From positions 26,022-50,021 of the forward strand of contig JBASRM010000354.1 of NCBI GenBank assembly GCA_049273835.1: DNA of 24,000 nt, in the 5' to 3' direction. Within the stretch, counting starts at the first letter, position 1. Each line of letters begins with the position of its first letter. Of the stretch, positions 23,392 to 24,000 are shown piece by piece. Made by a program: the position numbers and the translations under genes. The stretch comes from Blastocatellia bacterium (GTDB taxonomy: Bacteria; Acidobacteriota; Blastocatellia; UBA7656). The notes below the pieces were generated by a model, which worked only from the letters and a program-made list of their open reading frames with translations, did not search any database and was not told the DNA's origin.

Positions 23392-24000
23392 TTATTCATA
23401 TCGCAGCGCTTCTACCGGGTCGAGACCCGAAGCCCTGACGGCCGGATATATGCCGAATATCAGTCCTACAGCCGCCGACACACCGAATGACAGCGCGATT
23501 GAAGCACCAGTCACCACAGTGCTCCACTCAGCGTACAAAGCGACGATTCGCGACACTCCAAAACCAAAGATTATCCCGGTGACCCCGCCCAATAAGCTCA
23601 ACGCCAGCGCTTCAACAAGGAACTGCTTCCATATATCGCGCCGTCGAGCTCCTACCGCGCGGCGCACGCCTATCTCGCGAGTGCGCTCCAATATGCTTGC
23701 AAGCATGATGTTCATAATGCCGATACCGCCCACCAGCAGCGAGATCCCGGCTATGCAGCTCATGACGATGTCGAAGATTCGCCGGGTCTGCTGGTTCTGT
23801 TCGAACAATTCGCGCGGAACGATGATCGAAAAGTCCTCGGCCTTGCCGTGCAAATTCGTCAGAACCTCGTTGACCAGCACTGCGCTCGGCTTCAGCGCCT
23901 CGGGGCTCTTCATGCTGATGATGATCTCGTCGAGCTCGGACTCCATTCTCTTCAGCTCGAACTTCTTTAACGCCGTTGCCAGCGGAATGTAAATATCATT
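23392..24000 (-). CDS. MacB/FtsX-family ABC transporter permease, C-terminal part (N-terminus beyond the window end)
   Basis: The frame stays open from 23946 up to base 24000 (NDIYIPLATALKKFELKR precedes the track's Met). The C-terminal FtsX domain reads GGIGIMNIMLASILERTREIGVRRAVGARRRDI...GIYPAVRASGLDPVEALRYE. Confidence 0.85.
   Translation of the reverse strand, partial: NDIYIPLATALKKFELKRMESELDEIIISMKSPEALKPSAVLVNEVLTNLHGKAEDFSIIVPRELFEQNQQTRRIFDIVMSCIAGISLLVGGIGIMNIMLASILERTREIGVRRAVGARRRDIWKQFLVEALALSLLGGVTGIIFGFGVSRIVALYAEWSTVVTGASIALSFGVSAAVGLIFGIYPAVRASGLDPVEALRYE

Noticed and set aside
23330-23992. 220-aa plus-strand ORF
   Set aside because: It lies antisense to the FtsX/MacB permease frame, which has clear family motifs. 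The product is Ser/Ala/Thr/Arg-rich without features.

Overview
The window looks like ordinary bacterial chromosome. I recognised no rRNA, tRNA, CRISPR array, transposase or integrase. Gene content and the strong GGAGG-type ribosome-binding sites (RBS) suggest a soil lineage such as Acidobacteriota, but that is only inference.

Bases 1-17036 are almost entirely minus-strand. In order they carry:
- A partial secreted multicopper oxidase. It is missing from the ORF track because it runs off the window edge.
- A TehA/SLAC1-type anion channel.
- A tightly coupled six-gene cluster: a NarI-like membrane protein, a nitrate-reductase-like molybdopterin subunit, a 4Fe-4S subunit, a Rieske protein, a small 2-TM protein and a DUF3565-like protein.
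- A PAS hybrid histidine kinase.
- A near-consensus sigma-54 promoter driving a tandem-USP, USP and PNPOx-family operon, directly downstream of an NtrC-type activator gene.
- Several small unknown proteins and an ankyrin-repeat protein.

Two of the minus-strand promoter regions share a conserved 39-bp element built around a CRP-type TGTGA-N6-TCACA palindrome. A third, weaker copy lies upstream of the oxidase gene.

After a 700-bp non-coding gap, the plus strand carries two adjacent radical-SAM enzymes. The larger one (697 aa) resembles the archaeal tetraether-lipid synthase Tes/GDGT-MAS family. I consider this pair the most interesting locus in the window.

The 3' part contains convergent terminators flanking a tandem palindromic repeat, an MFS exporter with a trailing mini-ORF, a self-contained 46-codon transcription unit with a strong promoter and terminator, and the C-terminal part of a MacB/FtsX-type ABC permease that runs off the window end.

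All functional calls rest on motif recognition by eye. No database search was run.
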